A stretch of 61,508 nt of DNA, counting the filler, from Collodictyon triciliatum (lineage: Eukaryota): NCBI GenBank assembly GCA_043381765.1. It is 5 parts of 5 records of this genome, joined end to end, with 100 filler letters (N's around TTAATTAATTAA, not from the genome) between each part and the next. Parts side by side here need not be neighbours in the genome. Positions count along the whole stretch, not along the records: positions 1 to 9,503 come from JBHJMP010001669.1; positions 9,604 to 25,052 come from JBHJMP010001670.1; 3 more parts are not named here. One strand, given 5' to 3'. The notes below the pieces were generated by a model. It made no database searches and was not told the DNA's origin. It was given only the letters and a program-made list of their open reading frames with translations. The translations under genes and the position numbers were made by a program. Below are positions 1-13,400 of this stretch, piece by piece. Each line of letters opens with the position of its first letter. Position 1 is the first letter of the stretch.

Positions 1-52
1 TTTTTTTTTGTGGGGGGGGGGGTTGGTTTTTTTTTTTTTTTTTTTTTTCTTC

Positions 53-84
<32 letters not shown>

Positions 85-346
85 TCGCACCTGAGAGAAA
101 GAGACAGCGAGAAAAGAGAGCAGGGAGCAGCAACCATGTTCCACAGAAGGAAGGCAAAGAGAGGAAGCGGGCTTGGAGGAAATAACGTAAATGCTTTTCG
201 GTGAGGGTGGTTGTCTTGTCTTTTCTATCTCTTTTCTTCAATCATCATAGTGCGAAACTTTCTCAACGCCATAAAAGAAACATGAAAGCAAGACCGTCGA
301 TACTTTGCTTTCCTGTCCCCCCTTCTGGGCTGTTCGTCGTGCTCTC

Positions 347-2086
347 TTAGTGGGTGACCTCCAAAGCGCGGTTGATGGTGAATTCATAAAGGAATCCACC
401 CAGGCAGCTTCCAAAGAGAGGGCCGAAGATGTAAACCCAGAAGCCTCCGTTGGGACCGGGAATGGCAACCTACGTTGCAATATTGGATAACCTAGCCATC
501 ATACTAAAGAGAGCTGCCCACGGAACACACCAAACAATGTTGAGAAAGAAAGAAAAATGGAAGAAATGGACAGCCATACATCACCCCAACCAGCAGCAGC
601 GGCGACGATGCGGGGGCCGAAGTCACGGGCGGGATTCCATCCGGCTTGGGTCAGAGGAGCATAGACACTAATCAGAGCAGCAACAGTCATGCCCACGAGA
701 TAAGCAGTGAATTCACCCTGAGGAAGGGCTGTAGGAGAGAAGAAAAGAATGGGTATGAGGCTATCAACGGTAAATATTGGAGCATCACATGATGAATGAA
801 AAAAATTAGAAAAGAAAACGAAAATGAAAAAGAAAAAGAAAAAAGAAATAGACTGGGGCTATTCATATGTTTAATCTTGTCGCCTAAAGAGATAAAGGAC
901 AGGTAGCTGCATTACTCTTGTTGCGCTTATCAGTAAGGGAAAAGATAAGGAAGATCAAGATTCCGGTCCCCCAGGCTTCAATGCAAAAACCACCAAAGAC
1001 GCTTCGAGAAAAAAAAAACTCAGTATCATGAGTAGGATGCTTATTGTTTGTATATTTGACGGATCTAACATCAATTAACATCAATGAATGAATGAATGAA
1101 TGAATGAATGAATGAATGAGCTAGTAAATATACGCGATCTACCTCATCAGGTCTTCATAGTTTTCAGTACCATCATCAAAAGCAGGGTTGGGAAAATATT
1201 CTCCGAAAATCATGGCAGTACGGACAGATTCATCAGAACCGCGATTAATGTCATGGGTACTTTATTTTTAATTTAAAAGAAATGTACTATTAGTAGCAGA
1301 TGATAAGAATAAGTCGATAAAAAATAATCAAACTTACTCCTCGTAGTGGCTGATGAAATTAGAGTAGATCACAAGGTTAGCAATACCGCCAAACAGGCCC
1401 CCAAGTAGCTGAGCGGCCTATCTCAGGGAGTAGTAGATTTGTTAGATTCCTATTTATTAAGAAAACACAATAAAACGCGATAAAACACAATACAAATTGA
1501 GGAAGAGGAAGAGGGGTAAAACACACAGGGATAGAATACGCATCGCAAAGATATCAGGCATACCCAGTATGGGAGCAGCTTGCGACGAGGAAAGTCCTTT
1601 GGGCGGAAGATAGTCATGGCCAGAGACACAGCAGGATTGAGGTGACCGCCAGAGATGCTCCCAGTGAAGTGGATAGCAAGTGCAACACCAAGACCCCAGA
1701 CGATGGCAACCTGGCCGAGCAAACAGCTTATTAATAAAATCGAGCATGTATGAAGTGTCACTTGTGCAAGGTACAAATACAAAGACTAATAGAACATGCC
1801 ACTTTGACGAAATAAGAAAAAAAATATGAAAAGATATAAAGAAAAGAAAAAGAGCAAGAATAAAAGAAACCTGCCACACGCCTGACTGAGCATCCATAAG
1901 CACGGCAGTACAAACAGAGCCGCCGCCAGTCAGGACAATAAACATGGTGCCAAGAAACTCTGCGACGCACTGCCACCAGGTGCGAGGCAGGGCAAGAAAG
2001 AAGCGGCGGACGGTGCGGACAGGCGCGATGCTGCCCAGGCCGGAGTCGTGGGTTTCGACATCGTCTGAGCCGGCGAGTGTGGCCAT
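347..2086 (-). CDS. Aquaglyceroporin (MIP family, GlpF/AQP3-like), 7 exons
   Basis: GT-AG splicing gives AEFLGTMFIV..SGGHLNPAVSLA..TAMIFGEYFPNP..EAWGTGIL..GWNPARDFGPRIVAAAAGWG..FWVYIFGPLFG..TH*. Both NPA boxes are present and the second is NPARD, the aquaglyceroporin signature. Confidence 0.93.
1083..1118. repeat. (AATG)n microsatellite in aquaporin intron
   Basis: Tandem aatg units read directly. Confidence 0.9.
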
Positions 2087-3168
2087 CGTGCGTGCGTGTA
2101 TTTGCGTGTGTCTGTTTGCTTATGGGGTGTGAACGACCAGAAGGGGCTTCACCTTTTAATTTTCATGAATACAGAAAAACACAGAGTAGCGGTATTCTTT
2201 CTTTCCTTCTCTCTTTCCTTCTTGTTCGATCTGGTAGAAACTATGGCCAGTGCGTGTTGCCCTTTACTCCTCTGATCTCTTTGTATAGGGCTACGAGGCC
2301 TTTTCTGGCTGTGGACTTGATTGATTTGCAGCATGTGATCAAGTTTTTGCTCCCATTTTTTTTAATTATTATTCTTCTTTCTTGATTTCTTTATATTTTG
2401 ATTATTATTATTATTTTTTATTTCATTTCCCAACCAAAGGCGACCGGATTAGACAACTTGAGACACGGACAATGTTATACGTCTTTCATTCGCGCTGTTG
2501 CGCAGTGTGAATTCAGCACGGGATGCACAAGAACCACCGCCACCATCCACAAAGCCCTCCCACGCGACCAAACCCAACAGGGACGGAGGACAATACTAAA
2601 TCGGTTATTTTGACGGAATACGTGGTTAATTTATCTATGTTAGTATGTATGATTTCGACCAATAGAAAGCCAGCCTTGGATATATCTCTCCTTTTCTGCT
2701 TTCGTCCAGTTTTGTAATGTCTTTCTATTTTGCGCGGCGGCCTTTGCCACGGGCGTGCGGGTATGCGATCCTGGCAGGACTTGGGCTTGTGATGCCCCCG
2801 GGTTGCGGACCATTGTGCGGGACGGAAAAGTATCAGGCTCGGCGAAACTTCGGGGATGCAGGCTGATTCATCCTGTACTTGTCGCGCTTTGTTTGTTGAA
2901 AGGTCTTTTTTTTTTTTCCTTCTTTTTCTTTTTATTCGTTGAGCTTATCATTGTTTTATTTCATCCCCGGGTGTGTTAATTTACAGTCTCCCCAGGGTAT
3001 GCGACTTAGAGGGCGTTATTGGATATTGCTTTTCTCTCTTTCTTTCTCTCTATCTCTTCCTCCTTTCATTCTGGCATTGAGGATATGATGAAGGCAAAAA
3101 TGGCAAAATAAAAATAAAAATAAAATAATTAGCGTGAGTGCGCTTAAACAAAGGCGGCTGATCTGCCC

Positions 3169-5955
3169 CTACGAGAGTCTGATTTCTCGGATCAATGCCT
3201 CGTCGGGATTCAGTCTGCGGAACAAATCCACGTTGAATGAACCGTCAGCCATGGTTAGAGTTCCACACATCTTGTCGATGGCGATGGTTGCCATGACTGT
3301 CTGTTATGTCGCATGCATAGATGAGTGAATATCATTTGTTGCCTAATCTTTGGTAAGCAGATAAATATTGGCTGTGGGTTCGATAGGATGAGAGAGATAC
3401 ACATACTTGGATGTATCCGTCGATGAGGTCGTCGAGTCCAAGCCCGAGCGTGTTGAAGTCTTTGCGATCCATCAGAAGCAGACGTGATGTATCTGTCGAC
3501 CATGTGTTCTCCTTCTCCTTGACACTGAGGTTTGTCCCAAGCATGTCCCACGACGTGTATCCTACGGTGTCAATACATCCTTGTTAGTTACCAAGCAAAC
3601 AACCAAGGTTGGGGGGGTTAAGTTTTTTTTTTAAAAAAAAAATAATCAGGAATCATCTTTGCAACTTTGATTTTCCAAGCTGCTTTCATCTACATCCCGT
3701 GAATGCTCCTGGTGGTAGGTTATGAAGAGAGAATTTTTTTTTTTGACAGAGCAGCGAAATGAGAAATTGAGTTACCATCAGGGTTTCGGGCAAGGTCCTC
3801 GATGAGCGGCGATTTGGCTCTGCGGGCATATAGTGCCAAAGGCTGGAAGCCATCGTTGGTGGAGGAAACCATGACACGCAGGTCTGAGGCGAATGTATGG
3901 CCTTTTCGATCTGGGATGGTGCCAACATGGTAGAACTTCCCCTGCAGGGTCTTGCTGCTCCACGAGGAGTTTCCCACGAGGCTCTGGACAATAAACTTGT
4001 CGTACCGGTGGTTTTCCTCCAGAAATTCTTCCAACTCTTCTTTGTTTGTTATAGTATATACTCCTTGCCCTGTGATTTGGGTGGTGCGTGATGTGACAGT
4101 AGTCAGAAAGATAATATTTATTTCGATGTAAAAGCCAAATTCGTGGGGCGGGGGAGAGATCCATAGGAAATATGTATATAATCATACCAGCGTTCGAATA
4201 TGGGACTTTCAGGACTGCGTGCCAGCCCATCCGCTCGACAATGCCAGGAATTTCATGAAAGGGAACATCGACAATAGTTTCAGGAATGCATATAGAGAGA
4301 TTTGTTGCTTTGATCTCCTCATTGTATTTCTCATAGGCAACAGAGGCCACAGCTTTGTTTCGACCCCCGGCAAGGCAGCTGACGATCTGGTGAAATCGAT
4401 GGTGTGAATTATCAACATTATATCACTGACATATACATCAACGCATAGAAGCAGAGATTGAAAGGATGGAAAAGGAGAGAAAAATGGCTGACATACACTA
4501 TTCAGTATGATTGTCTTTGGTTTCATGGGGAAGCGATTCCACGGTCTCTGTGTGACATACTTAAATGCCAGTCTAATAGGCCGCCATTCTAGGGAGAAGG
4601 AGGTGGCAGAGCGGTTAAATTGGTAAAATGCAAGGAACCGAGTCTGAAAAGAGGTATATGCTCATGCACATGAATACAAAAAAAAAAAAAATCCAAAAGA
4701 AAATGACAAACCCCCAGTAGAAATGCGAATGTGCATGACACCATCAACCCATCTTACTGGAGGGTCTTGGTCATCGTTGTAAAATTCGACCAGATGTACA
4801 TTCTCTTGTGACATATCGGCCATGGCTGCAGCGTACCCAGATGCCTTGGTTATGTAAGCAAGGATTTATACAGTAAGTTTTGCACAATATCAAAGAAAGG
4901 AAAAGGGATGTGTATATCGTCTATTTTATATTTTTTCTTGTTTTTTTTATTCACTGTACCTCCATAACATTCTTGTCGTAAATCACAGCCAGTTCACCAA
5001 CAGAGGGGTCACAGGACAAGAGTAACTCACGGAAGGTTGATTCCATTAGTCTCGAGTAGCTGCATACATAAGCATCATTTCGGTCATATTGTATTTCAAA
5101 TTGGGGATGAATTGAGACGAATCATAAGGGCGGTACATAAAGTTTCCCTTAAATTAAAGTGGGTGGAAAATATTACGATAAGAAAATATGAAAGGCCGTT
5201 TGTATTAACAGTTCCATATTTGAGAGGGAAAGAAAAAACAACAAGATATATTGTGGCGTCAAGAGACAAAGTAAAAAGCAAATTACCCAGCTGTTTCAGT
5301 CCTGTCGTCAACAAGAGGCATTGATTTCTGCCCTGAAGGGCATGAGTTTGTCTCTATAACAATCATCTTACGCCCGCCCTCTGGAGTCGTGACACTGAAG
5401 AGGTCGCAGCCTACATAGACATTCAGAAACATTCGCTTTAATTAGGCCGCGTTTTGAGCAGTTTTTTTTTGGCAGATACGGTCGGGTTTCAAGATACTTA
5501 TTGATATTATATTATTCCTAGTGTTAAGAATAGTTTGATATCACTTATTTTTAGAGCATACCTGCCCAGCGGAAGAACTTTGCCTTGTACGAAAGTATGG
5601 CCATAAGGCTTTCGAAACTCGTCTGCGGGTGGAGATGGCAGTATCGCTTGGCTATTCTCTCGTTGCCGAGTTGCATGAAGGACAGCACCAGTGGATGTAT
5701 CTGTGCGTTTAAAACTCTGGGATAGAAGTGCTTTTCAGGCTCAAATGAACCTGGCTTCACTTGTTGGGCGTGCCGATGTTTGCGGGAAGCCACTTGCGAG
5801 GACATGAGAGACAGCTTGGCAGATGAGGCCATGGAGCCAACAGAAGAGTTTACTGGCGACTCGGGGAGTGAATAAGATATGCTGATTGGGCTTGATGCGG
5901 CTGAATAGTTTGCATCGTGCGTTTCCTTTGGTGAGCAATGAATTGCTGTAGCCAT
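3169..5955 (-). CDS. Uncharacterised circularly permuted ATP-grasp-like ligase, multi-exon
   Basis: Spliced product contains [89 protein letters not shown]. All junctions traced are GT-AG and in frame. The gene is well supported; the function is inferred. Confidence 0.7.
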
Positions 5956-6875
5956 GGACTTTGTGAAGAGGTTGGGTTCTGTGAGTCTATACACAAAAAG
6001 GAATTATATTTTGGATATTTTTACGCTCAAAACATACAAACTTTCTCTTTTCTCTTTTTTTCTTTTTCTAGCGCCACGTCTGTTATTATCGTACTGACTA
6101 AGCACAATCACCTATGAGACGATTATTTGCTTTGCACATTTCTTCGTATGTATTATTCACTCACGCCTATCCTATCCGTAATTGTTCAATGTCTGAATTA
6201 TCTAACGCCATGCTTTAAAAAACGACGCGTACATCATTGATGCTTGCGCAGACAATCACCGGAGCTGCAGCAGACGCGGAGGCACCAATGATATATACCC
6301 TCAGTGGTTCCCAAATTCCCCCTTGTTTTGTCTGCTTACGCGTTTGAATATCTGTCTTGCGTGTCGCTGGCAGAAAGAAAGCCCCAACCTATCCTTTTGG
6401 GAATGGGAATCGAAGTCTGTTGAACGACTGGGAATTCCATATTTGCATTTTATAGTATATATAACTATATGTCTATATGGGGCTCAATTTTTGGGAAGAA
6501 CGCTTACATAGAAACAGTTGATATCTGGAAAATAAATCGATGGAACATGGAATTCCACTTAAGGGATAATGTATACATCACAATTATGGATTTTATGCAT
6601 CGATTGATTTTACTTCCATACCGTGCCACGAATATTACTTGCATGCTAATTATTTTTTCCTTTATGTGAATCAGTGCGTGTAAGCTGATTACAATTCTAA
6701 GACTGCCAGCTGCGTGTCCAGTCAGAACGCTGATGATCAGATTTTGTGCTATCATGATAGTTTTGATCGCAAAGCAGATTACTCTTCAATCAACACTCGC
6801 TGCCGAAGCCGTAAGGCTGATCTATCACTGCACTTATTCCTCTTGGTTTAGTAGGGTCTAACTTAACGCGATAGA

Positions 6876-9345
6876 ATGGATCCACGCCAGTTTCTCCCGG
6901 CTGGTTTGTATTTGCCCTACCTGGCCCGTTCTAAATCGTCCTTGCAACCACTTATTTTACATTTAACGCAAGTCTTATTGTGTTCCTCTCTGGCCTTATA
7001 TATATTTCTTCCTCGCGCCTATTTTCCAAACCTTTCTTTTTATTCTTAGTTGTAAACCATCTAAAGATAAAATATTCACAAAAAAAAAAAAAAAAAAAAC
7101 AGTTCATTTAACTAAAAGGAAATATGAACAAAATGTAATTGACTTTGCCACAGGTGTACCGGGGTTGCTGCCACCCAACGCACAAGCTGGCGGGATGAGC
7201 ACGCAGCAGCCGATGGGTTTAAACCAGACACAAAGCAGCGGGATTTCCCTAACAGGATTTACACCGGAGCAACTCCAGCAAGTACAGCTCCTTTTGCAGA
7301 TGCAGCAGCAGAGTTTGGCTACTCAACAGCAGCTATACGCACAAATGGCAGGTTTCAATCCGTCGCAATATCTCCAAGTACAACAGATGCAGCAGTACCA
7401 GCAGATGCAACAGTACCAACAAATGCAGCAGATGCAACAGTACCGACAAATGCAACAGATGCAACAAATGTACCAATATCAACAAATGCAGCAGAATCAG
7501 CTAGTGACCAGTGGGTCTAGTCTGGTTCCAAGCCATGTATCTAATCCAGTGATGGCATCTACAATCAACTCTTCAATGACCCAGCCTGTTCCCCCTGCCA
7601 TTTCCCCTATCACAGCCCCACTGACAAACTCAACGGCAGTCCCTCTTACAGGCTCAGTGACTAATTCTATGGCAGCCTCTATCCCATCATTAAATCCGAA
7701 TACTATTATCAACCCAAATCCATACCTCGGGCTAGGACAAAATGCTTCAACTAGTGGGGCCTCACTGAAAGGGGTCGAATCAGTAAGTTGCTAGGACATG
7801 AATTCCGTATTATATTTTACATATTGCTTTTTCTTGGTTGCATTTCTCTTCATCTCTAGTAACACAGCGTGTAAGGATAATATTTTCTCATTTTCCTATA
7901 CATAGGTCACGTTGATGCCTAATTCCAGCCAAGCCACCCATACTGCGACTCCCCAAATGAAAGGTATTTTGAATTTTAATTCTATTCTATCATTTTACTT
8001 ATATTTCTCTATCTTTTAGAAGAAGAGTTTTCAGATTTTGCATCGGCTGATGGTGATGCTTGGGGTGAATTTTCATCTGCTGATCTTCAAACTGCAAGAC
8101 AAGTCAGTCAGCAGCAGCAGGTAAGTACTACCGGCTCAAAGAGTGGATTTGATTGGAGTAAAATTGATTCCATAAAGGAGGTATTGGAAACTGCCAAGTA
8201 CGATTCGATGCCCGTGCAGGAAATGATCGAACACAACATCCAAGTAACACCGCGAAACATGTTACCACAGCTTCAATCACAAGCACAGCTACAACCACAA
8301 CTACAACCCCAACTACAACCCCAACTACAACCCCAACTACAACCACAGCTACAACCACAGCTACAACCCCAACTACAACCCCAATTACAACCCCAACTAC
8401 AACCCCAACTACAACCCCAATTACAACCTCAACTACAACCTCAATTACAACCCCAATTACAACCCCAATTACAACCCCAATTACAACCCCAATTACAACC
8501 CCAATTACAACCCCAATTACAACCCCAATTACTCCCACTTGGGGTGGCACCCCAGACGAATCAGAACCATACAAGTTCTTTTATTGGTTATCAAAACTCA
8601 AATGCGATGCCACAATTTCCAGCCAGATCCGTTGACCCATCTCCTTTAAATACACCAAACTTTGGCTCTATATCAAGTCCATTTCAAACTGGGAATACCT
8701 ACACCCATCAATACAAGCAGCACGTAGGGTTACACCAACCTGTTCCTTCAGTGCCAAATTTCCTCTCTTTCAATATCCAAGAATCAAATGCAGCTTATTC
8801 ATCCCAGGTAAAGGAATCAATTGATTCAAAAAACCAAAGCTTAAACCACATCCAATCAAACTACACGGTTCAAAACATTCAAAATTCGGCATCATTCACC
8901 GAAGTTAGCAGAAATATACCCAAGTCCGAAACAACATACGCAGAAAATAAGATAAAATCTTCATCAATCGAAGCAGGGATAGCAATATCCAAACCCCTAG
9001 CAATACCAACACATAAGTCACTTAAGCCCAAGAATGAGAACGAATCGGATGACTTCACCGATTTTGCCACCTTTGAAGATGATATTAAAATAGTCGTGCC
9101 CCCAATATCCCCATCCAATCAACTCAGTGAAATCCATAAGGCACAGATAACCAGATCGCCCGATATCCAAGACGAAGAATTTGCCGAATTTCAGGCATTT
9201 ACGGGCACAGATTACATCCAAACAGAATCAAACGTTGTCCCTCAAAATACAGCTGTAAATCAGGTTACCGACTTTACAGCGACAAAAAGTTTGCCCTCCG
9301 AAGACCGGCGCGTTCCTCTAAAAATCGAAGTTGACTGGGCCACCA
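6876..9345 (+). CDS. Q/P-rich low-complexity protein with AP-1 gamma-ear-type motifs (synergin gamma/aftiphilin-like), 3' truncated by scaffold end
   Basis: MDPRQFLPA|GVPGLLPP.. followed by a QQMQQYQ tract, then acidic-Phe motifs EEFSDF, AWGEF, DDFTDF and EEFAEF. Exons are joined by GT-AG introns. Confidence 0.55.
8289..8532 (+). repeat. Coding 12-bp minisatellite encoding (LQPQ)n, about 20 units
   Basis: ctacaaccccaa/ttacaaccccaa units in frame in ORF 8184..9413. Confidence 0.92.
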
Positions 9346-9432
9346 GTAATATTTTTTTTTTGTATCCAATTAAGCCATTCATATGCGCAGATAACATCCA
9401 AAAAGTGATATAAAATATAAAATTTGTTAACA

Positions 9433-9503
<71 letters not shown>
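9433..9503. repeat. (AAT)n microsatellite at scaffold end
   Basis: Read directly. Confidence 0.9.
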
Positions 9504-9603
9504 NNNNNNNNNNNNNNNNNNNNNNNNNNNNNNNNNNNNNNNNNNNNTTAATTAATTAANNNNNNNNNNNNNNNNNNNNNNNNNNNNNNNNNNNNNNNNN
9601 NNN
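9504..9603. other. Artificial scaffold-joining spacer N44-TTAATTAATTAA-N44
   Basis: Six-frame stop linker inside Ns, with identical structure at four positions. Confidence 0.97.
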
Positions 9604-9623
9604 AAAAAAAAGTAAATAAAAAA

Positions 9624-9683
<60 letters not shown>

Positions 9684-10469
9684 AGAGGGAGAGGGAGAGG
9701 AAAGGTGAAAGGGACAATTAGTTTGTGAGAGAGCGGAGGGAGGGGGTTTCTTTCCATCGTAACAATTATGAAAAGGATATTCGTAAAAATAGAGGAAAAG
9801 ACCTCTGGAAGTTGCGGCGATGACGGTCTCTTCTTGGATGGCTTCGACCCCATTGGCCAGCGCACAGTCTCCCTCCTTTGATTCGAGTTTTTTAGTCGGG
9901 ACGCAACAGTGCCTACCATGACAGACGAGAAGATGCCTTGTGGACTTGTGGCATAGTGACTGGTTTCATGTGTCGTTGCGAAAAATGAGGCCCGATCTTC
10001 CTTTCTCACCGCCTGATTGCGTTCGGATGCAGGAAAACACAACTCGACACCCGCGTTCCAAAAAAAGAAAAAAAAACGCACCCACTTCCCCTACTTAGAA
10101 GGTCTTTATTCCAGATTGGGGAATATTCGCTTGATTTGTATACCTCATTCGGTACGGCATGCACATATGTGGAAAATAAACAATATGTGGTTTATCAGGA
10201 TAAGTCGAGGAATTTGATGGCCATCTAACCATAAAATTAACAAATCTACTCATCAAAACTTACAATGATGGATCAAATCGTACAGTTAGCAACTGCGAGG
10301 TGACATTTCTGAAATGAGGCAGAAGCAAGTAATTCGCCGCTGCGAATCAGTCCTTTCTTTTTTCACTTTCCGTTCTGTTCTGTGTTTATGAGAGCAGAAG
10401 ATTTCTTTCCAACTACATCGTTTAAGTGGTTGTGTGGGAGAGAGTACAGGAACGAGATGATGGGACATG

Positions 10470-13400
10470 CTAATGGCTGATCTGCACTTGCAGCTGTGAG
10501 GAATGAGTGGCTGCGGAGTGGCCGCTTGGTGAGTTAAGAAACTGGCCGAAGGACTTTGCTTCATGGGGGGAATGAGGAACATTGCGCTTTGCTCCTCGAA
10601 TCCGGTCTCTTTCTTTGTCCTTTGTGCTGATGCGAAGTGTCCCGAGAGATTCGATTGGGGGCGAGTTTTGTCCGTTTCGCTTTGGTGGCCCATGGTTGCG
10701 CGTCGCGGGGATATTTACTGCGAGCTGCACTTCTTTCGCTGCCTCCTTTGCTGTGTCCTTTGCTGNNNNNNNNNNNNNNNNNNNNNNNNNNNNNNNNNNN
10801 NNNNNNNNNNNNNNNNNNNNNNNNNNNNNNNNNNNNNNNNNNNNNNNNNNNNNNNNNNNNNNNNNNNNNNNNNNNNNNNNNNNNNNNNNNNNNNNNNNNN
10901 NNNNNNNNNNNNNNNNNNNNNNNNNNNNNNNNNNNNNNNNNNNNNNNNNNNNNNNNNNNNNNNNNNNNNNNNNNNNNNNNNNNNNNNNNNNNNNNNNNNN
11001 NNNNNNNNNNNNNNNNNNNNNNNNNNNNNNNNNNNNNNNNNNNNNNNNNNNNNNNNNNNNNNNNNNNNNNNNNNNNNNNNNNNNNNNNNNNNNNNNNNNN
11101 NNNNNNNNNNNNNNNNNNNNNNNNNNNNNNNNNNNNNNNNNNNNNNNNNNNNNNNNNNNNNNNNNNNNNNNNNNNNNNNNNNNNNNNNNNNNNNNNNNNN
11201 NNNNNNNNNNNNNNNNNNNNNNNNNNNNNNNNNNNNNNNNNNNNNNNNNNNNNNNNTTCACCTTAGACTCTAGGCTTTCGTTGCTTTCTATCCCGATATC
11301 AATCAAGCGTTGCTTCTCTGACTCGATGCTGGATAGCTTCGATGCAGCCTTGTTAACGATTGCCTCAAACACTTCGATGATATTCTCTTCCGTGACGGGA
11401 GTGGAGTTAAATGGGTCGACCTATAGTCCCGTTCGGATATATATGGAATCAGTGTGAAGGGTGGTGATTGTTCTACTACTGAATATTGTTATGTGTTATT
11501 CACAACCCTTATTCTAGGGGAAATTGTTATAGCAGCTTTCTGTATCAAGACATATGTATTGCAAGCCATTAAAAACCTACCAAGTCTGACAGTTGTTCAA
11601 TCCCGAGCTTAAGTGTCACAAATAGAGAGAAGTTTAACAATCTCATGAGCTTTTACAAAATAAATGCCTTCCAATATGTTGAATCAAGTTACCATCAAAA
11701 GGCATGTATTTCGTTATTAAGATACATACGCGAATATCCATCGATATTTTTGAGACTATTTCATATTTGTATTTCCACTCTGTGCATTTCTCACTCGTCT
11801 CCACATATTTCGCATCAATCGAATTCAGAAGGGCTCGATGCTCTTCGGCATTTGCGATGGAATATCTCAAGTCCTCTAACTTATTTCTTAGCTGGCTCTG
11901 TTTCATGAAAATTAAATTCGAGAGATATGATGGTCAGCAATAATATGCGGCGTGTCATTTTTAGAGTCTACAAGGCATTATATATGAACGACACATGCTG
12001 TCGAATAAGAACAGGCAATCATTTACTTTGTATGACACGAATCATAAAGGAATTTTACCTTTTGCTCGGCAAGTGCCTCCAATTTAGCTTCTCCATCTTC
12101 TTTGAGTTCATAGAGCCTTGTATATGTGTCATTTTGAGCTAGAAGCTTTTCAATCACTTCGGCAATATCTGCAACCCCAGTTTCTTCGTGCAGCTTCACA
12201 GCTGCTCTCTTGTACTCTTGTTTCGTTGCCTCAGGAATATCGTGAGCATCAATTGCTGCCATATGCTTCTTTTCATTTTCTGGAGTCTGTGAAGATGCCA
12301 AATATTTGTGACAATTTCAAAATGAAAAATTATGAGAAATATGAGTGCATATCGAAATAGAAAGGTCTTAAAAATGGTGATATAATTTCGAGTTATAGAA
12401 TTTATAAAGCACATTGCCAACTTGACCGCGCCGCTTAATGTATATTTTTTTCTCCATTATGATGTGCTCCCTACTAGCTTTTTCTTTTTCAAGGGTAGAA
12501 ACCAATTTTGCCAGCTCAATCTGTGATGAAAATATATGTAGATTAAAGCGTGATAAATTAATATGATTTCGAATGAAATGAGTCCCGGGGGCCGATTGTT
12601 TCGGCTGTGATTCAAAAGATGTACTTTTGTGGCCTCTTTGGCATGCTGCGCTTCAATAATCATCCCTGAAACCATACGAGCATCTGATTCCATGTTCTTT
12701 AGCATCCTCTCCATCTTTTCGGCTCTTTCGTTCATCAATGCTTGTTCGTTCTGATATAATAATTTTCCCAAATATGATTTGTGAATCGTCGGACAGAAGT
12801 CTGCGGAAAGGCTCACATATTCTGCGCAATGGTGATTACCTTGAGTCGGGTCAGTATAGACTCGTACTTCTTTCCTATACCTTGGGCCTCGCTGGTTTTA
12901 CTGTATACTTTGGATATTCTCCTGTCGAGTTCTTTGTGCATCTTTTTTTTTTTTGAAGTTTGTGAGTAGATTGTCCATGGGTTTTTTTTTAAATAAAGTG
13001 ATAAAATTCGAGTTTTAATATTTAGACGAATATTGGTCATGTTGTGAAGTAAACCTTTTGAAACTGGATCCATTCTTCATTCCCTTTCTGTGTTTCATTA
13101 CCTAAGTCACGCTTCTGCAGAGATAACAAATCAATCTTTGCTTCGTAATCTGTTCGCATAGCCACCAGCTCGTTGAGTTTGTTTCGAATATCAAACTGAG
13201 CCTGTGAGAGTGGGTCTGATCAGATCAAGACCGACGAGAGGAGAAATATTTCACACAATATCTGTTTCTCAAACAAACAAAATTCGCAGACATAGCAAAG
13301 TTGGTTTCAAACTAAGTAGTATGAATCAAAATAAGTATGTGTGGGCATACTTGCAATATCTTCTGATATTCTTGTGAGAGCTGGTTATTCTGCTTTGTTG

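Noticed and set aside
1-83. T tract downstream of the aquaporin as evidence of a cDNA or retrocopy
   Set aside because: The gene retains all its introns; this is an ordinary genomic homopolymer
8128-8574. Minus-strand (VVIG)n ORF
   Set aside because: Antisense shadow of the LQPQ repeat
9548-9559. TTAATTAATTAA as a biological motif or terminal repeat
   Set aside because: Always centred in exactly 44+44 Ns; it is a synthetic six-frame stop linker
9770-10020. Possible minus-strand exon downstream of the ODAD3-like gene
   Set aside because: Splice-like ends but no recognisable protein and ambiguous frame
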